Origin: the human T2T-CHM13v2.0 reference genome, Homo sapiens
Direction: 5' to 3' (one strand)
Length of the DNA stretch: 64,000 nt
Assembly (NCBI RefSeq): GCF_009914755.1
Contig: NC_060931.1
Shown here: positions 17,346-32,222 of the stretch, piece by piece
How the letters are laid out: each line of letters opens with the position of its first letter
How positions within the stretch are numbered: position 1 is the stretch's first letter
The notes under the pieces: generated by a model
Database searches by the model: none
What the model was told of the DNA's origin: nothing
What the model saw: only the letters and a program-made list of their open reading frames with translations
Program-made: the position numbers and the translations under genes

Positions 17346-17670
<325 letters not shown>

Positions 17671-18256
17671 TCAAAGGTAATGCCTAACACTGAAAAAGTA
17701 AGACGAGGATAGAGCAATGCCTGTTTAGAGAGCTGGAGGTAAACAAGCAGAACAATCCGCTCTAAGAGTTGAGCTCAGAGAGCAAGGGATGGGGCAGGAG
17801 TGACAGCGGGGAGACTGCTGGTCTTTGTAACAAGCCTTGTACCTAACAAGCTCTTGGAATATGCGGGTTGTGTGCATGTACAACTTTAGAGTTAAATTAA
17901 CACTAGTTTAAAAGTGGCCAAGTAGAGACTAGAACCCAGAGTTGCTTAGTTTAGTGCTTGTGCCACTGTATAATACCCTTTATAAAAAATTACATATATT
18001 TTCCACTCTTGAATATAGAGAAAACAATGATATTTTATCAAAACAATGTAATGTACTATTGTTCTTGTCAGGGTATTGTGTTTTCATTTCATGGACAAAG
18101 AAAAAAATCAAATATTCAGCAGTTGAATTGCAGACATACCAGTCTATAATAGGGGCAGGGAAAAACACAATATTCTTGAGTAAGACCTTCTCTGTTAAGG
18201 GGCACTCTTTTATTACAGAAACACATAAACACACACAATAAAATACAATGAGGTAT

Positions 18257-18547
<291 letters not shown>

Positions 18548-18552
18548 AATGA

Positions 18553-18926
<374 letters not shown>

Positions 18927-19485
18927 GGTTTCCTCATTTGTAAAATACCTATAGAGTTTTGTGAATATGTAATGAGGCAGTACCTATATAGTGCTTGGTG
19001 CACTTCCAAGCAGGTAGTAATTACCTGCTAAGTCATAAGAAAAATAAGTCCAAATAGACAAACTCGTGTCTGTTTGATTTTAAAGCCATGCTCATTCCTT
19101 TACATCACATTTCTAAAATAATCCTATTACCACCTTATTAGACAAAACACTGATTTTGATTTTACTCCTGGGTCCACGTGGCATTAAATAAGACACATTG
19201 TGATACATATGTATAAAACCTGAGGGTTAGAAAATATTTTCCAGCTCTCTATTTACAAATATTTTATTTATTTAGAAATAGTCGCTTAAAATATCTTAAG
19301 AATTTGCACAATTAGAAGTGAAGTTCCTGACTTATCAGGACATAAAACTTGTAGTCAACTATTTTCAATAACCAGCAAGTAAATGATTTGTCACTAGATG
19401 GCACTGTATTGGATAATATTTTTAAAAACCTTTTTTAGCACAATGAGATCCAACTTGATTTGTCAAATTAAAAGAATATTTTCTT

Positions 19486-19930
19486 AGTCACAGGATGAGA
19501 TAGGAGGTCGGCACAGGATACAGGTCACAAAGACCCTGCTGATAACACAGGATGCCATAAAGAAGCCGGCCAAAACTCACCAAAACCAAGATGGCAATGA
19601 AAGAGACCTCTGGTCGTCCCCGCTGCTCATTATACACTAATTATAATATATTAGCATGCTAAAAGGCGCTCCTGCCAGCGCCATGACAGTTTAGAAATCC
19701 CAAGGCAATGTCCGGAAGTTACCCTATATGGTCTAAAAAGGGGAGGAACTCTCAGTTCCGGGAAATCTCCACCCCTTTCCTGGAAAACTCATGAATAATC
19801 CACCCCTTGTTTAGCATATAATCCAGAAATAACTGCAAGGATACTCAGTCAAGCAGACCAGGCCGCTGCTCTGCCTATGGAGTAGCTGTTCTTTATTCCT
19901 TTTCTTTTTTTGAAACTTGCTTTCACTTTA
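19486..19930 (+). mobile_element. MER41 (MER41B-like) LTR fragment
   Basis: agtcacaggatgagataggaggtcggcac...ctgctctgcctatggagtagc...cttgctttcacttta matches MER41 as recalled; lacks both TG and CA termini. Confidence 0.9.
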
Positions 19931-20194
19931 AAAAAGGAATATTTTCTTTCCAAAGGAGAGGGTAAGATTAAATTACTTCTGTTTTTTAAGTTATTTCATG
20001 GCTTTAAAAATTGTTAGGGTTTAATGGAAAAGAAAATAATGATATAATCAAGTTAAATGTCATTTTTAAACAAATCTGATACCTGAATAGTAAATAACTA
20101 TTCTGATATCTTTTAAGCAGAAATAATTACAAATATCTCTCCTGTTTCCAGTATAACAAATAAGTACAAACACATACTTAACTGCACAACTGCA

Positions 20195-20520
20195 GTTTGT
20201 ACTGTTAGCATTTGGTTAAGGGGAACTACATTTCCCAGAATCCTTTTCTATACATGATTCTAGGCTACAGCTAGAGGAATTCAAGAGGTATTCACTTGAG
20301 ATTGGGAAGGAGGAGCTGCAGCAGCAGGCACTGCTCTCTCAAGTCATTATCCTCTTCGTGGTTAGAGGTGACAGACACAAATGCTGGCAGGGCCCAGCGT
20401 GTCCTAACACACCTCTACTCTGCTGTCCAGGTCTCCCTCACAAATATTGAGCCTATTGGTCAACAAGGGCTCCGGGCCCACCACCAGATGCGTGGCAGGA
20501 GACACGGAAGTGACATTCAA
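20195..20520. mobile_element. Old ERVL-type LTR remnant (LTR33/LTR41-like)
   Basis: gaactacatttcccagaatcc and gagattgggaaggaggagctgcagcagc motifs. Confidence 0.45.
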
Positions 20521-21111
20521 GAAATAGTTCCTTATTAACCAAGGTATGTTTAGCAAGCTATAATAATGCAGTACATGAGTGAGGCACCTCCTCACACGGT
20601 AGCTTCAGTGTGTTAATAACGTCCTATTAATTGTACAGAATTATATAACCTTTTGTATGGGTCAAATATTACATAACATTTTTTTTTAAAGAACAAACCA
20701 CATCCCAGGCCAGTCAGTAATCTATTTAAATATTTAGAGATAAGTAAGTTGAGACCACAATGTCTGAGCAAAAGAGTCAGCTAAGGAAATCCAACTTCAC
20801 CACTCCTTTATTATTTACCAAATTATTATCTGGTTGTTTCTTTCATTTTGCCTGAAAACTTTCTAATATTACAGACACCGATCCTTAACAGCCAGCCAAA
20901 CTCCTAAGTCTGTGAGCCAACCACCAATATGGCTTAGTCTTTAATTTACTTTCAGTGCTAATAAACTAGATCTAGTGCTGGAACCCATAATGGGTGCAAA
21001 AACAGACTCAATAATTGTGTACTAAAATAATTAATGATTAAGTCATCTTCATATCAGATGAGTCTGATTCAACTCCCCTAATGGCAGAGTTACCACAAAG
21101 TAATACAAACA

Positions 21112-21568
<457 letters not shown>

Positions 21569-22721
21569 TCAGCAAAGCCAGAACCCCCTGGGTCCATAAA
21601 GCACCTCTGTTCATTTGTGTGTGTTGTCAGTGTTCAGAGAGGGCTCACTATGCTCTGGGGAGTCTTCTAAACCCTTTACAACCATTATCTCATAGGCCTC
21701 CAGCCATCCTTATGACATAGGTACTATTATACATATCCTGGTGTTGACATGCACTAGATATATAGCCTTGGAAGGTTTAGTAGAGATTGAGTAGCTTTTT
21801 CCAAGGCTATACATCTGGTACATTGCAACACCAGGGTCTGAACCAGCTTGGGTCTGACTGCAGAACCCCAGTTCTCAACCATTAAATGATGGTCCATCGC
21901 CTCCACCCCCATTACATGAGAAAAGAATAAACTCTGCCTGATTTATCTTTATATCCTCCAAAAGTATGTAATGAACTTGTATTTAGTATGTGTCAACAGT
22001 TATCTGTTGACTAAATATATTCTGAGTGAGAAAGTTAGCTGAGGTACTACTGCCTTTTATCAAAGAATAATTCCTGCTCCAATTTAAACTAGAGAAGACA
22101 AGGCTTCAGAAAACCTAACAGCAATGCAGACAATGAAGACAAAAACCAGGGATAAATTGTAATCGGGTAACCCTTACACCTCAAACTTATCCCAGTTTTT
22201 AGGATTCCAACTACATTACAGGACATGCACCTAACACTATCGTCATACCTTTAGTTCTATTGACTATTCTGGGCTTCCTCCCAAAATGAATAAACTCCAA
22301 GTCTCTGCCCCTCCTGGACCTACTTAACTAAGTGGGCCAAATCCAGCCATTTTCTAAGAGATGCCAATTAGAGAATAACGTTACGTAAGGACAGAACACT
22401 GTTTAAATAGGGTATCTTTCTGCCAGTCCCCACTAGTAGGTTTCACACTTGGGTTTTGTCACCCTATCTTAATTGAATACATAGTTTTCTCCTGTAAAGA
22501 CACAATATTTTGCTTTCTCTTATCTGCTAATGAGAGAATCCTACTTGGTACTCCGCAGTGAAAAATAGACTTCGAGTTTGTTCAAAAACACCAAAAAATT
22601 TACTGCTATGAAAAACAAAAAAATTACTGCTATGTATCCTGGGAATTCAAATGCTATCCATCTGGACTACATTTTACACATAAAAATCTCACAGTATCCA
22701 ATTATCATGGTAGGTTTAAAG

Positions 22722-22954
22722 CAGGGGTATCCAATCTTCTGGCTTCCCGGGACCATACTGGAAGAAAAATTGTCTTGGGCCATACATAAAATATACTAAC
22801 ACTAATGATAGCGATTAGCTAACAACAACAACAAAAAATCATACAAAAAAAAAATCTCATAATGTTTTAAGACAGTTTACTAATTTGTGTTGGGCCGCAT
22901 TCAAAGCTGTCCAGGGCCACATGTGGCCTGCAGGCCACAGGTTGGACAAGCTTG
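22722..22954 (+). mobile_element. MER30 hAT-Charlie MITE, complete
   Basis: caggggtatccaa...ttggacaagcttg termini; perfect 8-bp TSD gtttaaag. Confidence 0.9.
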
Positions 22955-23229
22955 GTTTAAAGTATCAAAAGGCATCTCCCAAGCCTTCCATGATTTTATT
23001 TTATTTTCCCTCTGGCTAGCAATTCCTTGGACTCAGTCCTTTCTGTTAGGCTGGTCTACCTCCACTCCTAGACCCAGGCTGAGCACTCTCTCAAACCCCA
23101 AGGTAAAAAGAGGAAGTCGTTTTCCATCTGGGTCCCAGATCTAGTCCTTTCAGGTCAAAAGTTTTCTCCTCAGCTGCTGGACTCACCACTTAACCACTCA
23201 GGCTTCCCCCTTCCAGAGGCTTCCCTCTC

Positions 23230-23653
23230 TGTTTTAGTCCATTTTCTGTTGCTTATAGAATACCTGAAACTGGATAACTTATAAAGAAATGAAATTTATT
23301 TCTTACAGTTCTGGATACTGGGAAGTCCAAGGTTGAGAGACGGTATCTGGTGAGAGCCTTCTTGCTGGTGGTGAGTCTCTGCAAACTCCGAGGCAGTGCA
23401 GGGCATCACATGGCGAGGGGGCTGAGTGTTGCTCTCTCTTTCTCTTCTTACAGAGCCACAAGCCCCACTCCCATGACAACCCATTAATCCACTAACCCGT
23501 TAATCCATTAATCCATGAGTGGATTAATCAATTCATGAGGGCAAAGCCCTCATGACCCAATCACCTCTTAAAGATTCTACCTCTCAATACTGCCACACTG
23601 GGGATTAAATGTGAACGTGAGTTTTGGAAGGGACAAACATTCCAACCACCGCA
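23230..23653 (-). mobile_element. MST-type (MSTC/D-like) MaLR solo LTR
   Basis: tgttttagtccattttctgttgct...acattccaaccaccgca. Confidence 0.85.
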
Positions 23654-24541
23654 CTCTCCTTGAGCATATTCTCAGCCTCACTTCTGTACTGTTTAGCATG
23701 GATTCTTATTCCTTGCTGAAAGTCAGTTTTCTTCTACAGCTCTGCCCAGCATCACCCACTCATCTGACTCAGCAAGAGTCATACAAATTGCATATTTTAA
23801 GAAGATCCTTTGCGGTATCTTGAGCATTCATCTTCCCTTTACATTTGAATAAAACAATAATGCATGGACTTCTGATTACAGTTTAAGCTCCTTGACACTA
23901 GGTAGGCAAATGCCCCCTTTTTGTCCATGACTTTTAGGATCAGAAATTTTTCACCACAGACATTAACACAGTTGCCTTTAAATTACGCAGTCTGAGCAAA
24001 ACAATAGCTTTAAAATAAAGCAGAAGAGATTTTATAGTTTCTAATCACCTGTATACCAAAACACTTAAATGAACCACTGATGGGGCTTGTCAAATTTTTA
24101 ATTCTGTCAATCTGCAAGGAAAAAGAAAAAAGAAAATGGAGAGAAAACAATTATCCACCCTCGAAGATTTGGTATTATTTGCCTGAGGGAAGATTTTAGG
24201 ATGTTTTAGAGTCCCTCTGATTTATTGTTCTTTGTTTTCATCATTACATTAGAATGTAATCTGATCCACTCTGATGGTCCCAGAGAACCATGATCCTTTC
24301 TTTCCAAAACATCCACTACAAGACTGGACCTGGCTTTTGGTACTCTTCCTTCTTTAAACTCATTCCAAAAAAAGGCTTCAGAGAATGACTTTCTAAAGTC
24401 AACACAAACTTCAGACTTTGGGTCTGTCTCACAATTGGTCACAGAGTGCAGATGAAACTCAAAGTCAGTCGTGCTCTCAAAGCAAAACACTGAACAAAGA
24501 TAAGCCCAGTCTTCAAACAACACGCAAGCCCACTGGCTTAC

Positions 24542-24646
24542 TTCCGTAAAGGGCCCAAGTTACAGAAACGCCTGTTCTGTAAATGGCTTTGGTTACTTTC
24601 TCAGGATCATCTGCTCAAACAGTGATATGTCAGTCACTGCTAAGAT
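24542..24646 (-). other. Candidate 105-bp non-coding cassette exon of the minus-strand gene
   Basis: Minus strand gtttttctttaaag|ATC acceptor and GAA|gtaagc donor in repeat-free sequence. Confidence 0.35.
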
Positions 24647-25269
24647 CTTTAAAGAAAAACATCTTTCACTGGCACAGGATAGAGCATTCAAGAATTCAAA
24701 GAAACATTTGTAGATTAAAAAAAAAAAAAAAAAAACCTTCAGCATGGCAAATCTCAGCCTGTGGCTTTTGGCTTCAGATTACTTGCATAATACTTTGTTT
24801 TTGTGAGATCCTCAAAAATGAGTGGTTATATATTTTTCATTTTAAAAAGTTTCTTCCTTTCCTATTTGTGATTAGAATAGAAACTATTTAGTTTAAAAAA
24901 AGTATTTTCCTTCAGAAATCTATCCTACAAATCAACGTAGTTCTGTCAACGACCCCAGATAAATATTAAGTTGGACAGACACATCAAACAACATTAAACA
25001 AATAACTATGTGAACTGAATTAATTAGTTACACAATTAATTCTCTACTTTTGGCAAATGCTTGATTCTGTTCTTAAAAGGTTAAATACAATATAAGAGCA
25101 GTTTAATGTCATGAGGAGCCTTGTATATTTGCTGAACACCAGGAAAACCTTAAAGCACAACTTCATTAAATTCAAAGCAAAGAGATTTGACTCCTTCAGA
25201 GTGACATAATTAGAGAAAGGACTAAAGGGAGAACTGAAGGGTCCTAAAAAGAGCATGGCCTTGGGTATT

Positions 25270-25470
25270 GGGAAGATCAGGATTTGAATCCTGGCTCAGT
25301 TATTTGCCAGCTGTGTGGTCTTGCACAAGCTACATAAACTCTCTGAAAATCAGTTTATTCAGCTGTAAAATGAGAAAAATAATGTCACTGCACAGAATTG
25401 TTACGGAGATTCAATGAGTTAGATGAAGCACTTAGAACCAATGTGGCACCTGACACATGCTCGACAGGAT
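25270..25470 (+). mobile_element. MIR
   Basis: gatttgaatcctggctc...cagtttattcagctgtaaaatgag core. Confidence 0.8.
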
Positions 25471-25619
25471 GTCTGTGATTGACGTGAATTCCCTTCTTCT
25501 AATTCCCTTCCCTGTGTAAAACTGATGTGGCAGATTGTAGGACTTTGTAATGGTTGTAAATAGTTGGTTTCTTGAAAAAAAAAAAAAAACTATATTCAAA
25601 TTATATTTTTAAGATGCTG

Positions 25620-26250
<631 letters not shown>

Positions 26251-26369
26251 CACACACACATACTGAAAAGTGCTTGGTATTTTTAAAAATCTTACAACAA
26301 ATTCTTTTGAAAAAGTTTTGTTGTTGTTTTTGTTTGTTTGAGACAGGGTCTCACTCTGTTCCAATGGCT

Positions 26370-27400
26370 TCGTATTCCTGCTCATCTCAGCTTGACCTCT
26401 TGTGGCTATCTCTCCTTTTGAAACTGTTCTTAAATGGCTCTTTTCCCGAGTGTGCCCTTTAAATGTTGGAGTGTCCCAGAGTCCTCTGCATGACCCTCTC
26501 TCGTTTTGCTCAGCAAGCTCTCCTTATATAATCTCACCCATTCACACACATGTGAATATGTTTCCGTCTGCTGGTTCTCTCCATTTGGGTGCCCCATTCT
26601 AAAATGTCCAGAACCAAACTCAATGTTTCCTTTCTACTCTCCCATTCAATGGCTATAGGTTAAAAAAAGCTTCCTTCTCTATTCTTCCATCCCTCCCACA
26701 ACTGTTATCTGCAGCTCTGGTATGTCACGCAAATTCCGCCTCCCAAAATCACATGCAACTTAGTCTTCTCTGCCACATCGCTGCTGTCAAGGCCTAATCC
26801 AGGCCCTTCCCCGCGCTCACCTGGACTTTGCAGCAGTCTCCTAACTCGTCTATTCTCTTTAGTCTTCCCCTTCCAGTCCATCTTCCACACTGCTGCCAGG
26901 CATTTTTCTAAAATGTGAATCTCCGCCATTCCCCTGATTTTAAAACTTCCAGTGGTTCCCTACAGCCAATGGGGCAAAGGCCAGTCATTCAGCATTACAC
27001 ACATGGCCCTCTCCAATCTCATTTCCTGCTGCTTTCCCACTTCCCAACGCCCCTGAACCTTAAGCTCCATTACAACTTCTCAAGAAAATGACAATTCCCA
27101 CCTCTACAGCGTGGTACATGCTGCTTCTGAAACATGCTCCTTGTTCTTCTCCATTTGGTGGGCAACTGCACGCTCTTGAAGACTCAACTCAAAACGCCAG
27201 TCTTCCCAGACCAACCCCCACAGTCCAAATTAATTGAAGCGCCCAGAGCAGTTTGTGCAGGAGGTTGCAACGCTTAGCACACAGCACTGCATTTACCTGT
27301 TTCTTGCTTCCAAGTCATCCCTGAAACCTTCTGTGTGGAGCAGCACAGGACCAGAAGACCTGCCTCACTCAGTTTGCAGTCACCCCTAGATGCTTCATGG
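26370..27400 (+). mobile_element. L2 fragment
   Basis: ctcacctggactttgcagcagtctcctaac...ccttccagtccatcttccacactgctgccag. Confidence 0.7.
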
Positions 27401-27924
27401 CTTGTGTGGTCTACCTCTCTAGTCACACGTCTCCCAATCCTCAATGCTCAGGGACTCCACTGCCACACTGATGGACCACCATGGTCCAAGCACGTCCACT
27501 ACAAGGCTTGGGGAAATCTTTCATTCGTTCACTCGACTCACATTTATTACACGTGGAGCTACACGGATGAGACTTGGCTCCTCCCTCAGAGAAGCGAAAA
27601 CAAACACACAAACAGACACGAATAACACAGGTTGTAGAAACCTACACACAGAGTGATTCCCAGGACATTCTGGAGATGGAGCACACAGTAGGACAATGTG
27701 CCCGGCAAGTGTGGGGCCCTGGAAATGGAAGAGACACTCGGTGGAAGCTTCTAGGACCCACAAGGTTTGAAGTGAGACTCAGAGAACATAGAGAGAAAGA
27801 GGAGGGAATAGGACGAGTGGGAAACAGGAAATGGAAAATGTATCAATTAACCAGATTAACTTTTTGTCAACTGCTCAAGTACAAGAGTAAGAACCATGAC
27901 AGAATCTCCAAATATATCCAGATC

Positions 27925-28204
27925 TTTTTTTTTTTTTAATTGATACAGGGTCTCTGTCACCTAGACTGTAGTGCAGTGGCAAAATCATAGCTCACTGCAG
28001 CCTCGACCCCCCGGGCCCAAGCGATCTTCCCACCTCAGCCTCCTGAGTAGCTGGGTCCACACCCAGCTAATTTTTGTATTTTTTGTAGAGACAGCATTTC
28101 GCCATGTTGCCCAGGCTGGTCTCGAACTCCTGGGCTCAAGCAATCCACCTGCTCTCAGCCTCCCAAAGTGCTGGGATTACAGGTGTAAGTCACCGCACCT
28201 GGCC
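27925..28204 (-). mobile_element. Alu (J-type)
   Basis: Reverse Alu; flanking agatcttt. Confidence 0.9.
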
Positions 28205-28984
28205 CTAGATCTTTAACAGTAAAAGTAAACAACACAGTGATCTCTGGAGACATATACATTATCACTCCCTTTCTTTTCTGTCTCCCTCTCTCACACCCAC
28301 AGACACACAGAAAAAGCTTAATGTCTATGTAATGAATACCTAATGGCAGTACTGACACAGTCAGAGCCTCTGCCCCCTCCAGTCACTTACGATCTGTGCC
28401 ATCCACGGTGAAGGCACCCAGGTGTCCCTCCCTTCTGCTATTCCTTCTCACCATCCCCTGGCCCTTTTGTCTCTTCTGTGCTCACCTCCCACGCACACTG
28501 CAAAACGAGGCTACATCATCAGAGGCTGCCCTATTTATTCAAAGATGATGTTACTGAGAACAATCATATCTTTTTGTTCTAAAACGAACTTATCAACAAT
28601 AGTTCTTTTTTCACAGCATAAAGACTACTCTTAATTTGGAACCATAGTTATTAATGCTATTGTAATTTAGTTTAAGTCTTAAATGGACCCAACATTTCTT
28701 CTTAAAAGGAAAACAACCCTATCAGGAATAATAATAATAATATAATCATCGTCACATCATGTTACAGAGAAAACTCGCATTTAATTTCTGGGTTTGTCAG
28801 TGTTTTACTACACAATTCTTTGGTCCACTTAACCTCAAATCCTTACACAAATCTGTGTTATGTCACATAAAGACATTTTAAAATTATTTTCATGTTTTGG
28901 CTCCATCTTATTGATAATTATTTCACTAATTTGAAAACAGATTAAATCTATGTACAGATACAGAACATAAAATAATACTAAATA

Positions 28985-29130
28985 AGGCCAGGCATGGTGG
29001 CTCATGCCTGTAATCCCAGATCTTTGGGAGGCTGAGGCGAGAGGGTAACTTGAGGCCAGGGATTCAAGACCAGCCTGGGCAACACAGCAAGACCCCATCT
29101 CTACAAAAAATTAAAATTAAAATTAAAAAA
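28985..29130 (+). mobile_element. FLAM/Alu monomer
   Basis: ggccaggcatggtggctca...ccccatctctacaaaaaa. Confidence 0.88.
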
Positions 29131-30151
29131 CCAAGAATCTTTCAATTTAGTATTTACATTTGCTGGTTGCAATTTTAATTATATTTCTTATATATCAATT
29201 GCATCCCTGCAAGTTCAGTTAACAAAGCATATGAATAATAGAATCATGCTTGAAGTTGGGAGGTAAGGGAGAAGAATAGGTCTTTGTACTGGATCATGAT
29301 CTTAAATGCTTACTGACCAGGAAGAAGGGAAAGGGAGGGAAATGAGTGGGGCTAGGGGAGAGCACACATGATAGTTAAAAGCAATATGTAAAGTAAAAAA
29401 ATAATAAAGTAAGTTGATTTCCAATGCAGTTAAAAGAATCCCTGAAAATGAGTGAGGTAAAATCCTCCTCCATTGCCCTCAATCCAAGAGCTGAGTGGAA
29501 GTGCCATTCCAGGGAGGCTTGGGGGTACTATCAGGAGGCAGAAAGATGTAAGATCTCAAAATCTGAGTGGTGAATGGTATACCAGCCCCTCATCCTCCCA
29601 CCTCTAGCACTTTGTAAAAAGTTAATCATCGAATTAAATGTTATAATCCAATTTCCAAAATTGCTCTACTCCACTTAAACTGCTGTCACCTATAATAACC
29701 TTGCAAGCAAATGCATTCATTTCAAACATCATTCTCTGCGAATTCTGCAACATCTGAAGCTCTTGATCACTCTGCTTTTTTTGCTCCTGCAGGAACTCAA
29801 CTGGCTCTTCTTTCTCTCTAATGCAACAGATCCAGCTCCCCTTCCTAATCATATCCCAAACCATGGCTTTCCCCAAAGTCATTGCTCTGATTTTCTCTAC
29901 ATACTCAGTCATTGAAACCTCAACCATCACAGGGAAGGGATTCTGCTGCCTCCCTTCCATGTGTCCTACCTCTGCCCTCTCACTGCCCCCAACTAAATCC
30001 ATCACTTGACTGCTAGATCGCAGCACTACGATCCACCTCTGTTTCTCCCTTTCTTCCATTCATCTTTGACATTACTACCAGATTAATCTTTGTCTGGATC
30101 CCAGACTTTTTTTCCTTTTCAAAATTACACCATCACTCCTCTTTAGGACAG

Positions 30152-30848
30152 TGTGGTGGTTGTAAAATCTGTTCCCAGATTCTCTGACACACCTCTTTTT
30201 AAAAGGTGAAACCTAGCTCCCCTTCCCTTGAATGTGGGCGGAATTTACTGGCTTGTGTCTAAGGAACAGAACATGGCGAGAGTGATGGGGGATGATTTCC
30301 AAGGCGTGGTCAAAAAGGGCACTGAAGCTTCTGTCTTGTTTTCTTGCATCGCTCGATCTGGGGAGTGCAGCTGCCATGTCATAAGGACACTCAACCCTGT
30401 GAAGAGTCCCACATAGAGGAGGAATTGAGGCCTCCCACCAACAACCAACACCAACTTGCCAGCCATTTGAGTACACCATCTTGGAAGAGGATCCTCCAGC
30501 CCCAGTAAAGCCTTAAGATGACTGAAGACTGGCTAACATCTATTTAAAAATTATTATTTATTTTTTTAATAGAGATGGGGTCTCGCTATGTTGCCCAAGC
30601 TGGTCTCAAACTCCTAGGCTCGAGCAATCCTCCTGCCTCAGCCTCCCAAAGTGCTGGAACTAGAGGCATGAGCCTCCATGCCCAGCCCTGACTAACATCT
30701 TGACTTCACTGCAAGAGACCCCAAGCCTGAACACTGTTAATGTGATCCCAAATCTCTGACGTACAAAAATTGTTAGAGATAATAAATGTTGATTGATGTT
30801 TTAAGCCAATAAATTTGGGGATAATTTGTTACACTGCAATAGATTAGT
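30152..30848 (+). mobile_element. MLT1F-like MaLR LTR with a FLAM (30550-30688, minus) inserted
   Basis: tgtggtggttgtaaaat...ttgttacactgcaatagat; TSD-like ctaacatct around the FLAM. Confidence 0.8.
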
Positions 30849-31850
30849 AGTTCAGAAGGCCTCTGCTGCCAGTGTGACAAATCCAAATGCTTTCTTTGGG
30901 CACTCGAGGTTGTCCAATAACTGCTCTTACTTTATCTTTGGGTACAGAAACACCATCTGAGCCAGTTATTTCACTGACCTCACACGACATGTGAAACTCT
31001 GCCTCTACTTTAGCCCATGCCATTGTCACACAGAATGTCCTTTTTGGTCCTCTCCACTAAACTAAATTCAACACTTTCTTCTAGGCTCAATTCAAGGAAG
31101 TGAATTAAATACCTACACAGGAATTTTTTATAGTTTTTAATGTACATAAATAAACATGTCTGATTTCCAAAACTATGTTTTAGTTATTTAAGATAGAAAT
31201 TATGACTTATGCTACCCTCACATTCCCCCATACTAATAGATACACAGAGATAACTTATCATGGATCCATTTTTTAAAATGAAATAGATCAACATGTACTG
31301 ACCTGTTCAGCTATATATGATACATTAAATGGAAACAAAGCAAGTTGCACAAAGAAAATTGAGTGCTTAAGAATAAATTTTAAAAGAAATGTATAAAACA
31401 CATCTGAGGAAAACTTTAAAGCATTCTTAAAAAGACACAAATGAAGAGTTTAACCACAGACATCTCTTATATTCAGATAGAACAAGTTAACATAAAAATG
31501 TCAGTTCATCATAAATTTAGAAATTTAATGTAATCCTCATAAATAAACCAAGTTTTTTTAATGGAGACATACAATTGATACTGAGCCTTGTATTGACAAA
31601 TAAATGTGCAGTAACAGCCAGGAAAACACTAACACACTAGAGGGAAGGCCGAGTTCTTCCAGACATTAAATCACAGTCTAAAGCCTCCATGATGAAAAGT
31701 GTCTTACTGACACATGAATAGACAGACAAACCAACAGAATAATACAGAAAGTTCAAAAACAGACCCAAGTGCAGATGAAGTTTTAGTATTGTATATTATT
31801 AAGGTGGCATCTAAAATCACCAAGGCAAAAACTATTTAATAAATGATGTT

Positions 31851-32222
31851 TGATATGGTTTGGCTGTGTCCCCACCCAAATCTCATCTTGAATTGTAGTT
31901 CCCATAATCCTCACGTGTCATGAAAAGGACCCAGTAGGAGGTAATTTAATCATGCAGGTGGTTACCCTCTTACTGTTCTTGTGATAGTGAGTTCTCATGA
32001 GATCTGATGGTTTTATAAGGGGCTGTTCTCCCATTTGTTTGGCACATCTCCATGATGCTGTCATGGGAAAAAGGACATGTTTGCTTCCTCTTCTGCCATG
32101 ACTGTTAAGTTTCCTGAGGCCTCCCCAGCCATGCTGAACTGTGAGTCAATTAAACAACTTTTCTTTATAAATTACCCAGTCAAGGGGATGTCTTCATAGC
32201 AGCATGAAAATGGATTAATACA
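31851..32222 (+). mobile_element. THE1 solo LTR (MaLR)
   Basis: tgatatggtttggctgtgtccccacccaaatctc...ggattaataca; 5-bp TSD atgtt. Confidence 0.93.
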
